The notes: generated from the sequence alone by a model not told the origin. 64,000 bases of DNA from an uncultured Alphaproteobacteria bacterium (GCA_913041535.1 CAJWJK010000003.1:90953-154952), one strand, 5' to 3'; shown: positions 11,075-20,882, counted from the first letter of the stretch. Numbers and translations: made by a program.

Positions 11075-12244
11075 GTGCATTGCTTGTTTATGGAACGCTC
11101 TGAACTAAGGGATAGATTTAAGTCCTCCCCTCTGAGTGCCAGGAAAGAAGGTGTGCGCCTTATTGCCGTTGATCGTGCTTTAGATGATCTCCGCCGCGGA
11201 ATGCCCGTAGTGTTAGTTGGGGGAGATGCGCATTACGCAGTCGCTGCTGCTGAGCGGATTAGTGACGAGACTATAGCGTGGTTAAACAACTTTGGTGGAG
11301 GTGAGCCATTTCTGGTTATCAGTGCTCATCGGGCGAGAACACTGAAAATCAAGCAAACTGGTTCTGAAGCGGTGGCAGTTCGCGGATCCGGACATCTTGC
11401 GGCGGCAGATATTGCGACACTTGTGGACCCGACAGCTGATTTAGACCATCCAATGCGAGGACCATTTGTGGCACTTCAAGAACAGCCTGGGGAGGAGCTC
11501 CGTGCAGCTCTAATGTTGAATAGGCTGGCGCGGCTATTACCAGCAGCAGTCATGACTCGTATCGGGCAAAAATATGACCCACCGGGGCTGCGGGAGAGCG
11601 AGCCCTTTCTTAGTGTATCGACTAAAGAGATTTTTTCCCACGAAACGTCGGCAGCGGAGTCACTGGTTGCGGTTAGTGAGGCTCACGTGCCACTTGTCGG
11701 GGCCGTTAAGACACGAATAATAGTTTTTCGTCCAAAAACCGGTGGTGTTGAACACCTGGCAATAATTATTGGGGAACCAAGTCGCTCTGTTCCGGCGTTG
11801 GTAAGGCTTCATTCTGAGTGTTTTACGGGCGACTTGTTGGGAAGTTTGCGTTGCGACTGTGGGCAACAGTTACGAGGGGCAGTGGACGCTATTTCCGAGG
11901 GTGGAGGTGGCGTTTTGCTGTATTTAGCCCAAGAGGGTCGAGGGATTGGTCTTGTAAATAAGCTTCGTGCTTATCAATTGCAAGATCAAGGCTACGACAC
12001 AATAGATGCAAACCAACGGCTTGGCTTCGAAGCCGATGAACGCATTTTTCTTCCCGCTGCAAAGATGCTTCGGAATCTTGGGTTCAATAGCGTTAGATTG
12101 CTCACGAATAATCCGCACAAGGTGTCAGCTTTGGAGTTGAACGGCATAGAGGTGATAGAGCGAGTTTCGCACAGTTTTCCGGCAAATGATCATAACCTTA
12201 AGTATCTTGAGACCAAGGCAAAGAGATCCGGCCATCTGCTCTAA
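11075..12244 (+). CDS. ribA: GTP cyclohydrolase II with an N-terminal degenerate DHBP-synthase (RibB)-like domain
   Basis: C-terminal RLHSECFTGDLLGSLRCDCGQQL zinc motif and YLAQEGRGIGLVNKLRAYQLQ. The N-terminal VDRALDDLRRGMPVVLVGGDAHYAVAAAE aligns to the RibB start but lacks the RENEGD motif. Confidence 0.75.
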   Translation: MHCLFMERSELRDRFKSSPLSARKEGVRLIAVDRALDDLRRGMPVVLVGGDAHYAVAAAERISDETIAWLNNFGGGEPFLVISAHRARTLKIKQTGSEAVAVRGSGHLAAADIATLVDPTADLDHPMRGPFVALQEQPGEELRAALMLNRLARLLPAAVMTRIGQKYDPPGLRESEPFLSVSTKEIFSHETSAAESLVAVSEAHVPLVGAVKTRIIVFRPKTGGVEHLAIIIGEPSRSVPALVRLHSECFTGDLLGSLRCDCGQQLRGAVDAISEGGGGVLLYLAQEGRGIGLVNKLRAYQLQDQGYDTIDANQRLGFEADERIFLPAAKMLRNLGFNSVRLLTNNPHKVSALELNGIEVIERVSHSFPANDHNLKYLETKAKRSGHLL

Positions 12245-12288
12245 TCAGAGGTTGTGATGCGAAACAATGTTTTTGGATCCTTGTTCAA

Positions 12289-12828
12289 ATGAGGGCAACC
12301 ATTGTGACAAGTATTGGGGAGGCAATAGAGGGAGAAACAATATCAATTTCCGATGGGGTTGTTATTTGGCGCAAGCGGAGATATCGGTGTGCCTTAGGGG
12401 CCTCCGGCGTTAACAAACAAAAGATTGAGGGTGACGGCGTAACGCCAATTGGGTGCTTTGCGATAAGATATATTTTATATCGAGCTGACCGTATTCCTCT
12501 TCCAAGAACTGGTCTTCCAGTCCAACAATTAGCGGCTGATGATGGATGGTGTGACGATCCCAACGACAAATTTTATAACAAACGAGTCCGGTTGCCTTAC
12601 GTGGGTCGTACGGAGAGGTTGTTCCGTGACGACAATTTATACGATTTAATCGCTGTGCTAGGCTACAACGATGACCCAGTGATTCCAGGAAACGGAAGTG
12701 CGATATTTATGCATATCGCTCAATCAAATTATGCTCCAACGGCTGGATGTATTGCATTAGAACTGTCGGACTTGCTCTCTATCCTAGTTGATTGTGGTTT
12801 AGGGTCTAGGGTGTGTATTGGTAGTTAG
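12289..12828 (+). CDS. L,D-transpeptidase catalytic (YkuD) domain protein, no signal peptide
   Basis: C-terminal GSAIFMHIAQSNYAPTAGCIAL matches the YkuD His/Cys catalytic motif. Confidence 0.55.
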   Translation: MRATIVTSIGEAIEGETISISDGVVIWRKRRYRCALGASGVNKQKIEGDGVTPIGCFAIRYILYRADRIPLPRTGLPVQQLAADDGWCDDPNDKFYNKRVRLPYVGRTERLFRDDNLYDLIAVLGYNDDPVIPGNGSAIFMHIAQSNYAPTAGCIALELSDLLSILVDCGLGSRVCIGS

Positions 12829-12890
12829 CACGCAAGTTAGTAGATATCAGCTGCCTTGTTCTTCATGGACTAACATAAAAAAACCATTGA

Positions 12891-13586
12891 TTAACGAGAT
12901 GAACGCGCCCCGAAAATGGCGGTGCCTATACGCACTTCCGTTGAGCCGAAGTCAATCGCAGTTTCAAAGTCATGGCTCATTCCCATGCTAAGGCGAGGTA
13001 GACCATTGCGCCTTGCAATTTTTCTTAACAGGGCAAAATACAAAGATGGTTCTTGACCATTTGGCGGAATACACATAAGCCCCTTTACGGGTAGTTGAAA
13101 GTTCCTACAACACTCCACAATAAAGTCATCAGCCTCATTGGGAAGCACGCCACTCTTTTGCGGTTCCTCTCCTATATTAATTTGAACATAGCAGTCCGGG
13201 GATCGGCCCGAACGTTCTATCTCAATTGCTAGCGCACGAGCAACTTTCGGTCTATCGACGGTCTCTATTACGTCACCGATGGATACTGCTGCTCTAATTT
13301 TGTTTGTTTGTAGCGGGCCAATTAAGTGTAGGCGGATATCGCTATATGAAGCTTTTAGCGAGGGCCATTTAGCCTGCGCTTCTTGCACTCGGTTTTCTCC
13401 AAACGTACGCTGGCCAGCCGCCAGTGCAAGTTTAATAGGGTCTTCGCTCAATGTCTTGGTGACAGCTACTAATGTAACATCGTCATTGCGACCGGTAGCT
13501 TCAGACGCTAAACGGATGCGCGTAATTACAGACTCAAGGTTTTCAGAAATACTGGTATTGGGAGTGGTGATGAGTCTAGAGGGCAT
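12891..13586 (-). CDS. yggS: YggS family pyridoxal-phosphate homeostasis protein
   Basis: 231 aa; LVAVTKT (PLP-binding Lys) and the alanine-racemase N-terminal fold signature. Confidence 0.8.
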   Translation of the reverse strand: MPSRLITTPNTSISENLESVITRIRLASEATGRNDDVTLVAVTKTLSEDPIKLALAAGQRTFGENRVQEAQAKWPSLKASYSDIRLHLIGPLQTNKIRAAVSIGDVIETVDRPKVARALAIEIERSGRSPDCYVQINIGEEPQKSGVLPNEADDFIVECCRNFQLPVKGLMCIPPNGQEPSLYFALLRKIARRNGLPRLSMGMSHDFETAIDFGSTEVRIGTAIFGARSSR

Positions 13587-13613
13587 AGTGGCCGTGGCGC
13601 CGCGCTCGGCAAT

Positions 13614-14228
13614 ATGGTAGCTGATAATGCCATGTTAGCAGATCTTGCTTATCATCTCAATTTAGTATGCCCATTGGATCAAGCTAAGAAGCTTCCCTCA
13701 GCAATTTTTCTTACTGATGATCGTCGGACACCTAATCCAGGTATGGTGTTGCCTACGTTACCACGAGGCAGTGCAGTAATTCTGCGTAACTACTGTGACA
13801 AAAACAGAGCCAGCCATGCTTTTTCTCTTAGGAAAATTTGTCGTCACTATGGGCTTCTTTTTTTAATTTCTGGCGATCCTGCATTGGCTATCAAGACGGG
13901 AGCGGATGGTGTTCACTTGCCTGAATGGTATCTGCGCAGGGGGGTTCTTTACCCCAGACGTCTAAATTGGTTGGTTACAGTTGCGGCTCACAGCAAAGCA
14001 AGTCTGACTCTAGCAGCAAGAGTAAGAGCAGATGCTGCGCTATTATCTCCAGTGTTCCCAACAGACAGTCACAAAGGAGAGAGCACACTAGGTGTGGTAA
14101 AGTTCGCCGCTCTGGTGAGATCAAGTCCTGTACCGGTTTACGCCTTAGGTGGTGTCGATTCACTCACGGCTCGTCGCTTAGCCTCTAGCGGTGCAGTCGG
14201 AGTGGCGGCCATAAAAGGATTGTGCTAG
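13614..14228 (+). CDS. thiamine-phosphate synthase-like protein (ThiE/TenI family)
   Basis: GADGVHLPEW and C-terminal VYALGGVDSLTARRLASSGAVGVAAIKGL, typical of ThiE-fold proteins. Confidence 0.55.
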   Translation: MVADNAMLADLAYHLNLVCPLDQAKKLPSAIFLTDDRRTPNPGMVLPTLPRGSAVILRNYCDKNRASHAFSLRKICRHYGLLFLISGDPALAIKTGADGVHLPEWYLRRGVLYPRRLNWLVTVAAHSKASLTLAARVRADAALLSPVFPTDSHKGESTLGVVKFAALVRSSPVPVYALGGVDSLTARRLASSGAVGVAAIKGLC

Positions 14229-14252
14229 ACGTTCGATAACTTGTGGGCACCA

Positions 14253-15920
14253 CTATTTATCATGCAGTACAAAGTGGTGCTCTATGTGTTCGATAAGTTT
14301 CTGAGCACACTCATCAACGCTGCTATCCGAAGTATCGATTGTAAGCTCTGGGTCCTTGGGAACTTCGTAAGGTGCAGAGATTCCGGTAAATTCTGGTATT
14401 TCACCGGCGCGGGCCTTCTTATAAAGGCCCTTGGGGTCTCGTTTTTCACAAGCTTCTAGGTCGGCTTTTACATATACCTCATGAAATCCGTCAGGTAGCG
14501 CGGTTCGTGCCCTTTCGCGATCAGATCTATATGGTGAAATGAAAGCTGTAATGGTTATAAAACCTGCACCCGCGAACAATGCACCGACCTCGCCAACACG
14601 CCTAATATTCTCGGCCCTATCCTCTGGAGAAAACCCTAGGTTTGAGTTCAGACCGTGTCGAACATTGTCTCCATCAAGAACATATGCTTGGTAGCCAGCA
14701 GCAAATAAACGTTTTTCCACTTCGATAGCGATAGTTGATTTGCCAGCGCCAGAAAGTCCCGTTAGCCACAAAACTCCACCTCGATGGCCATTGCGCTTGG
14801 CTCGGTGTTTATCTGTAACTGAGTGCTCCACACGTACTACATTCGTGGAGCGCACTGTGATCAAATCACGCTGGTCCGCGTAACCCCGCATATTAATTTG
14901 GCCAGCGCCTATAAAGTTTTCACCATCATTTAAAATAAGGCTTCCTGTCGGCTTGCAGATTTCGAATGGGTCCAACGCAATTATTTCGGATGCGCGGATG
15001 GTTGCGTCGAAAATATTGTCCAGGCCAATATCATCGGTGACACGTTCTACAGACTGAATGCTAACTGGAATTACGTGACCAAACCGATAGAAACTGTACC
15101 CAGTGTCAACATTTAATACCTCGCTGCTAAACCCGGCAATGCGAGCACGAAACACATCAGTTTCGAGAGGCGGATTATCAACATGACTAGCAAGTTCGGC
15201 ATTACCAAACTCAAGATCTGAATCAAGTGTAATAGTGACCTCACGCCCAGCTTCTGCGCTGTTTAAGCTTTCATTTTCGTCTATGGCATTAAGAGCAACG
15301 ACACGCGCTGTTTGGTTGGATGGAGAGAACAGTAGAGTGTCTCCCATTTCGATGAGTCCCGTGAGAATATGGCCTGAATATAGTGATTTGTCGGATTCCG
15401 TTCGGCGAATGGGCATGCGTAATGGTACGTCAATAGGGAAGTCTGCCAATTGGATATGCCGAAGTGTAGCTGTTAATTCTGGTCCATCAAACCAAGCAGG
15501 TGGTTCTAATCCACGAGACCCTATAGCCACCGCGGTAACTTTAGGCCAGCCAAGCAGCGCTGATTTAGATTTGATTGTTGAGAAGGCTTCTTCGGCTTTA
15601 TGTGTATCTTTTAGCCCCGTCACTACAATAATCAGTTCATTTATGCCACAAAGGGTAAGTAGAAAGGCATGTTGAAGGCATAGCTGGTCCAGGCCATGAT
15701 TATCATCTGTAGCCAAGATTGCAGTGCTAAGTCCAGCAACTCGGTCCGTTAACCGTTTGGTAAAACCTTCGACTCCAGCATGATCTAATACAGAAATTGT
15801 CTGTTCATTAGATTCAAACTGAAAACTTTGTTCAGTGTCTGAAATGCTAGGATATAAACTTGTAGCAAGGCGATCACTACTCCGTTTATGGCCAGCAATA
15901 ACTAGTTCTAACTTTGCCAT
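14253..15920 (-). CDS. cysC: CysN-like pseudo-GTPase domain fused to adenylylsulfate (APS) kinase CysC
   Basis: C-terminal ~190 aa is a canonical APS kinase ([14 protein letters not shown]...[11 protein letters not shown]...FISPYR). The N-terminal ~370 aa aligns to CysN/EF-Tu domains I-III, but every GTPase motif is degenerate: no P-loop, DTPGH replaced by DHAGV, NKMD replaced by GLKD. Confidence 0.8.
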   Translation of the reverse strand: MAKLELVIAGHKRSSDRLATSLYPSISDTEQSFQFESNEQTISVLDHAGVEGFTKRLTDRVAGLSTAILATDDNHGLDQLCLQHAFLLTLCGINELIIVVTGLKDTHKAEEAFSTIKSKSALLGWPKVTAVAIGSRGLEPPAWFDGPELTATLRHIQLADFPIDVPLRMPIRRTESDKSLYSGHILTGLIEMGDTLLFSPSNQTARVVALNAIDENESLNSAEAGREVTITLDSDLEFGNAELASHVDNPPLETDVFRARIAGFSSEVLNVDTGYSFYRFGHVIPVSIQSVERVTDDIGLDNIFDATIRASEIIALDPFEICKPTGSLILNDGENFIGAGQINMRGYADQRDLITVRSTNVVRVEHSVTDKHRAKRNGHRGGVLWLTGLSGAGKSTIAIEVEKRLFAAGYQAYVLDGDNVRHGLNSNLGFSPEDRAENIRRVGEVGALFAGAGFITITAFISPYRSDRERARTALPDGFHEVYVKADLEACEKRDPKGLYKKARAGEIPEFTGISAPYEVPKDPELTIDTSDSSVDECAQKLIEHIEHHFVLHDK

Positions 15921-16074
15921 TTAATCTGAATTCACCCTATTATTTTCAATTCATATGCATTGTGACGAGTGAGAGCTTAGCCAATCAGCCGTTTCTCACT
16001 TACGATTGATAATCTAAGGTAATCAATATTCCAACATACTCATAGTTACAACACTTTGATCCTCAAAACATATT

Positions 16075-16902
16075 TTATGGAAGATAATTAAAGCGATCCA
16101 TTTGGTCGCCATGTGCCGCAACGATTTTGTCAATTTGTGATCGAGATAGGTGGCTGCGCCATTGATCTGCTTCACCGGATCGGAAAAATGCATTTGACAT
16201 CGGACTGCGTTCACGAAACCCCTGGCTTTGTTCCTGCTTCTGTAATACATCAAACGAAGAAAAATTTATTGCTTTTGACAGTCTGCTTGATGAGCAATGA
16301 AGGCCAAGAAAATGAACCATGTTCCCAAAGTAAACCTTGGGAGATTCATATAAATCTTCGTATCGGACAACGTATAGAGATTCATTGGCATCTTGTGTCC
16401 AACTCTTGACGTGTTGACTCCAAGTGCCCAGCGTAATCGGAATATTTCTCGGATCTTCTGGGGCGCCAGCAGTGGCGTTGGCAAGAAGGTCAATTGTTGT
16501 ATCGACATCAAGGCCTGAGTGGTGTGACATAGAAAGCACAACGTCCATTGGGTTTCGAAGTATATATATGGCACCTGAAGTGCAATCCATAGTTATTGCT
16601 GGGGTTCCATGTTGTTCAGTAAGTGGGCTATGTGTTTTAACAAATACTGAGTCGGAGTTTGCGGTTGACATAAGTTGGTGAACGCGAGGCCGGATTTGAG
16701 CGAGCTGGTATTGATCCATGCCGTCGACTGGGCCACCTGCCACTTTGCCATACCAGTCTTTTCGGCCATCCCCCATCGTAACTTTATCCAGCTCATTAAT
16801 GCTTGCTGCGGTAGCAGAGTTGAAAAATAAGTTATGAATGAAAGCCCGTAGCCAAGTGTTCCCGGATTTTGGGTACGAGGCGATCCAAATGATTCCGCTC
16901 AT
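16075..16902 (-). CDS. sulfotransferase (Sulfotransfer_1-like, PAPS-dependent)
   Basis: 5'-PSB motif IASYPKSGNTWLRAF and 3'-PB motif RNPMDVVLSMSHH. The start was moved to the internal Met just upstream of the PSB motif. Confidence 0.75.
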   Translation of the reverse strand: MSGIIWIASYPKSGNTWLRAFIHNLFFNSATAASINELDKVTMGDGRKDWYGKVAGGPVDGMDQYQLAQIRPRVHQLMSTANSDSVFVKTHSPLTEQHGTPAITMDCTSGAIYILRNPMDVVLSMSHHSGLDVDTTIDLLANATAGAPEDPRNIPITLGTWSQHVKSWTQDANESLYVVRYEDLYESPKVYFGNMVHFLGLHCSSSRLSKAINFSSFDVLQKQEQSQGFRERSPMSNAFFRSGEADQWRSHLSRSQIDKIVAAHGDQMDRFNYLP

Positions 16903-16961
16903 TAAAATCACATCAGCTGAAAATAATAAGGTTTGGTAGTAGGTCTTCGTGGGGTTTGGCA

Positions 16962-16994
16962 AACGTAAAAGGGGCGGACCGAAGCCCGCCCCTT
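16962..16994 (-). terminator. rho-independent terminator downstream of the porin gene
   Basis: Minus-strand GGGGCGGGCTTCGGTCCGCCCC (7-bp GC stem, 8-nt loop) followed by TTTTACGTTT, 25 nt after the porin stop. Confidence 0.6.
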
Positions 16995-17017
16995 CACAAG
17001 CGTTATGAATTTTACTG

Positions 17018-18175
17018 CTAGAAGAACACCGCCGTGCCGACAAACACAGCACTTACATCATTCTCATTTGCAGCAGCTCTGGCATTATCAGTCATAGTGA
17101 TATTCTGGAGACCAAATGCGAATTGGACACCAGGACCGACGTCATAGGTACCACCGATCTCAAATGCTTCTATTTCATCTGAGCCAGCACCGGCACCAGC
17201 TTCAACATCCATCTCTACGTACTGTACACCGAAGCCCCATGGGCCTGTTGAATAACGCGCGCCAACCGACCAGTTGGTACGATCAAAGTCACCCACGACA
17301 CCGGTTCCAGTGAAACCGCCGTCATTAGACTGACGATAAGCAGCACCAACAGTAATGTTGTTCACGCTTGCCCTCAAACCAGTGGAGAAAGCCTCAAGAT
17401 CATCAGATCCAGCCGCTCCAGTAGTTGTGCTAGGTGCCTCAGGTTCACCCTGGGTATAACCGAATGACATCGCAAGATCGACATCACCAACAGTGCTGAC
17501 GTAGTTCATGCCAACATCCCAAAGAGTATCCGAGCCAGCATTGTTCTCTGCAGGCGGCCCACCAATGGAGCCAAGACCGAAGAGACCGTTACAGTTTGCT
17601 GTTGCAGCCTGGCAATTTTCCGGCGTGTAGGATACCCCAAGCTGGAAACCACCCATGCGCGGCGTGAAGACCGTGATCTTCTCTGCATCACCTGAAGTGG
17701 TCAAGTAGGTTGAGGTGTATGCCAAAGTCGAGTTGCCGCCAGGTGCCGTAAATGTAAAGACAGGAGACTCAAAACCCCATCCAAACATAGAAGGCGTTGG
17801 TGACTGATAGTGCATTGTATTGGAAGCACTGTTCCGCGCACCCATTTGAACACGAAAATCAGCAAATTCCATCCAAATGTAACTGTCTTCGATATGGTCT
17901 GTGTTGTTCTCAGCTTTGATATCAAAGGCTGCACCGACCTGGAGACCGTTATCAAACGTTGAGTTACCGCTGAAACCAATTATGCCCCAACGACTAAAAA
18001 CGTGATCACGAGTATTGGCTGCGGGCTCGCCGACAGCATCATCTCCTGATACCAAGCCGACGTTAAAGATGTACCAGCCTCCAACACCCAATTTCACGGG
18101 ATCATTGGCCATCGCAGGGCCGGCTACTGCGCCAGCCGCTATGAGAGCCGTAGTACCGTATAGGTATTTCTTCAT
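17018..18175 (-). CDS. outer-membrane porin (alphaproteobacterial general porin family)
   Basis: Signal peptide MKKYLYGTTALIAAGAVAGPAMA, a Gly/aromatic-rich beta-strand alternation, and a C-terminal ...VFVGTAVFF ending in Phe. Confidence 0.7.
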   Translation of the reverse strand: MKKYLYGTTALIAAGAVAGPAMANDPVKLGVGGWYIFNVGLVSGDDAVGEPAANTRDHVFSRWGIIGFSGNSTFDNGLQVGAAFDIKAENNTDHIEDSYIWMEFADFRVQMGARNSASNTMHYQSPTPSMFGWGFESPVFTFTAPGGNSTLAYTSTYLTTSGDAEKITVFTPRMGGFQLGVSYTPENCQAATANCNGLFGLGSIGGPPAENNAGSDTLWDVGMNYVSTVGDVDLAMSFGYTQGEPEAPSTTTGAAGSDDLEAFSTGLRASVNNITVGAAYRQSNDGGFTGTGVVGDFDRTNWSVGARYSTGPWGFGVQYVEMDVEAGAGAGSDEIEAFEIGGTYDVGPGVQFAFGLQNITMTDNARAAANENDVSAVFVGTAVFF

Positions 18176-18357
18176 CCTAACCTCACTTACAGACGCACAA
18201 AGACCCGAGCATGCCGGGCGCGCCCCTTTTAATGATGGCCTATTCAGCCAGTACAGGGGCGGACCGTCAAGCTAGGCGACTCCCGACTGTGTCGAAATTC
18301 GGTCACTGTTGCTAGATTGACACAGCAGTATGCATTCTGGTTCAAAAAACGGCGGTT

Positions 18358-20163
18358 CTACAGGTCACTTTCCAACGCTGACCGCAGTGGAGCTAGTTCT
18401 CCACTGTAGAGTTTTGCCCGTCCGACCTCGCGACGACAGCGATCTAGCTCCTGTGCTAACGAGAGAGAGTTCTGATGGTTTGGCCTTTCGAGACATGTTT
18501 TGTCCCATTTTAGTCCGCAAAAGGAAACTATTTCTTGGCTAATGGTTTCAAAGTCATGTAACAACTCTTCATAACTAATATTGAGTGTATTCAAGCCTAA
18601 GGTGATGCCCCAGTGCTTCATTAGACGTTGATATTGGGCTAGTTCGCTACCGATATTTGCGAGGCTTGCACTGTAAGTGAGGCCGTCCTGATCGAAATCC
18701 CTGAAGTAGGTGAACAAACCGCAGTCCAACGGGTCGCGAATGCAGCGTATAACTCGCGCGTTTGGAAATAAACCGGAAATCAGCCCAAGATATAGATAGT
18801 TGTTTAATGAATCATCTACGATCCTTTCAGCGTCACGGGCGGGGCCTCCTACCCTAGTAAGGTATTCTTGTGCCAGTTGAGTAGCCGTGGTTGCTGATAG
18901 ATCTCGTACGCAGTGAGGGTAGGGATTTATACTTCCAAGTGTATCCTGCAGGGATAGCGCGACCTGTTGAAGATTTGCAAAATTACTTCCGCTACGTACA
19001 CCAGGGTAGCTGGTTAATACTTCTTTGATGAGGTTGGACCCTGATTCGGGCATGCTAACCAAAAATATCAATAAGTCGGATTCGACCTCTGCGCGCGGAA
19101 GTGTTTGTAAATGCGTTCGGTCAAAAACCTCCATAGAATCAGTTACAAATTGTTGCTGGGCTTCGCGGTCATAAGCGACATCAGCTAGCTGATTGCCGAT
19201 CTTTGCATGATCGAATGCCTCAGTATGATAATCACGCTGGTCATACAATCGTGCGAGTCCAAGATGAAGAGATCTTGAAACATCTCGTGAGAGGTCGGGC
19301 TCTACGAGAATGCTCTCAATTCTTCTGCAGTTGGCCTCAGTTGGGGCTTGTACTGCCATAAGATAAGCAAGCATTGCAGATACAGTATTGCTATCGCTTT
19401 GCTGTTGGGCCCGATACTTCAGCAGCTGTATAGCAAGGTCAAGGTATCCACGGTAATACAGTGTAAGCGCTGCACGGCACAGCTCGTCCACTTGGCAATG
19501 TGGAGTTGACGACATTTGTTTGAAAATCGCTAGGGATTGACTGGCGTTACCACTATCCAGTAAGGCATGTCCGTAGGGAGCGAGTAAGCTGTTAGTCACA
19601 TCTTGGTTGCCTAATGACAGTGCTTTTTCGTAAGCAGTGATAGCCTCGTCCAAATGTCCCAGCCGATGCGTAACTATGGCAAGACCTGCATAGGGTTCAG
19701 CATTGTGCCGATCTATGTCGATAAGTAGCTGGTAGGTATCCCTCGCTTCGTCGAATCTGTTTGTCTCTCTCAATGCAACGGCGAGGTTGTTCGCAATATG
19801 TGGATTTCTAGCATCCAGTTCGAGGGCATCTCTGAAGGCATCGATTGCACTGGGTATCTGTTTTGTAGCAATTAACACGTTTCCAAGTTTGAAAAGATTT
19901 GCAGCATTTCGAGGGTCAAGCTCTAAAGCTTGATGTAGGCTTGTTTCGGCATCGGATAAACGGCCGATAGAGTGCAATACCAAAGCCCGATTTGAGTGAT
20001 ATCGTGCTTCGTTGGGCCGAAAAGATATCGCTTTAGCGATGCGTTCCAGAGCTGCGGCATGATCGCCTTGTTGGTAAGCTACAACACCCCACAGGTGCCA
20101 TGCATCGGGTTGGTCTGGGTCATTAACCACAACTTTTTCATATAGTTGGCTTGCCTGTTCCAA
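18358..20163 (-). CDS. TPR-repeat protein with C-terminal sulfotransferase domain (Sulfotransfer_3-like)
   Basis: N-terminal ~300 aa of TPR repeats; C-terminal FLVSMPESGSNLIKEVLTSYPGV (PSB-like) and IRCIRDPLDCGLFTYF (RDPxD...S 3'-PB). Confidence 0.7.
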   Translation of the reverse strand: MEQASQLYEKVVVNDPDQPDAWHLWGVVAYQQGDHAAALERIAKAISFRPNEARYHSNRALVLHSIGRLSDAETSLHQALELDPRNAANLFKLGNVLIATKQIPSAIDAFRDALELDARNPHIANNLAVALRETNRFDEARDTYQLLIDIDRHNAEPYAGLAIVTHRLGHLDEAITAYEKALSLGNQDVTNSLLAPYGHALLDSGNASQSLAIFKQMSSTPHCQVDELCRAALTLYYRGYLDLAIQLLKYRAQQQSDSNTVSAMLAYLMAVQAPTEANCRRIESILVEPDLSRDVSRSLHLGLARLYDQRDYHTEAFDHAKIGNQLADVAYDREAQQQFVTDSMEVFDRTHLQTLPRAEVESDLLIFLVSMPESGSNLIKEVLTSYPGVRSGSNFANLQQVALSLQDTLGSINPYPHCVRDLSATTATQLAQEYLTRVGGPARDAERIVDDSLNNYLYLGLISGLFPNARVIRCIRDPLDCGLFTYFRDFDQDGLTYSASLANIGSELAQYQRLMKHWGITLGLNTLNISYEELLHDFETISQEIVSFCGLKWDKTCLERPNHQNSLSLAQELDRCRREVGRAKLYSGELAPLRSALESDL

Positions 20164-20357
20164 ATTCCCGGAACGGTGTGCCTTGTTTGCGGTAGCGAGA
20201 ATATTGCTGTTGTCTATGTTACTGCTCCATTTCTTTCAACTTGTTGTGAGCAACATGAAGTTTGTTATGGTGCTGCGGCACTAATAATATACCCTAAATA
20301 CGAGTATAGGCGGGCCAATTTGTTTAGGGCGCGTCCAACTGCACGAGAGGGAACGTT

Positions 20358-20882
20358 ATGAAGTGGTGGCTCCTACCTGTATGCTGCCTTAGTTTGCTGC
20401 TTAATGCTTGTGGTTTGCCAACGGAGGCAATATTCCCAGAACGCCGAGGCGCAACTTATGATCCAAGACCGACAGAGGAGCAAGAGTCGATTTTTGGGCC
20501 AGGTGGGCTTGGTTTGTTTGGCGATGACGAGGAGGGTTCGCCGGGCAGTGGCGGGGGCATAGGTGTTAATAGCTATTTGTGGCGAGCATCCTTAGATACG
20601 CTTGCCTTTATGCCTCTTACCTCGGCAGATCCGTTTGGGGGTGTGATAATCACTGATTGGTATGCGCCCCCCGCGACACCAAACGAACGTTTTAAATTGA
20701 CTGTTTTTATTCTGGATCGGCAGCTAAGCGCTAATGCCATCCGTGTATCAGTCTTTCGGCAGGAGCGTAGGGGTACGGACTGGGTGGATGCCGTGGTTCG
20801 AGATGAGACCATAACTGGTGTTGAAGATGCAATACTTACTGGTGCCCGACAGTTGCGCATAAAAACAATCGGTGGCTCCTAA
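20358..20882 (+). CDS. lipoprotein of unknown function (DUF3576-like, conserved upstream of leuS)
   Basis: Lipobox LLLNAC within the signal peptide MKWWLLPVCCLSLLLNACG. Confidence 0.5.
   Translation: MKWWLLPVCCLSLLLNACGLPTEAIFPERRGATYDPRPTEEQESIFGPGGLGLFGDDEEGSPGSGGGIGVNSYLWRASLDTLAFMPLTSADPFGGVIITDWYAPPATPNERFKLTVFILDRQLSANAIRVSVFRQERRGTDWVDAVVRDETITGVEDAILTGARQLRIKTIGGS

Noticed and set aside
10896-11108. 70-aa ORF with a hydrophobic stretch upstream of and overlapping ribA.
   Set aside because: It overlaps the ribA start in another frame, and has no recognisable start context or domain. It is probably non-coding promoter region.
14253-15920. Considered annotating the N-terminal domain as an active sulfate adenylyltransferase subunit CysN (a NodQ-like bifunctional enzyme).
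   Set aside because: All G1/G3/G4 GTPase motifs are substituted, so an active CysN call is not supportable. It is annotated as a pseudo-GTPase domain instead.
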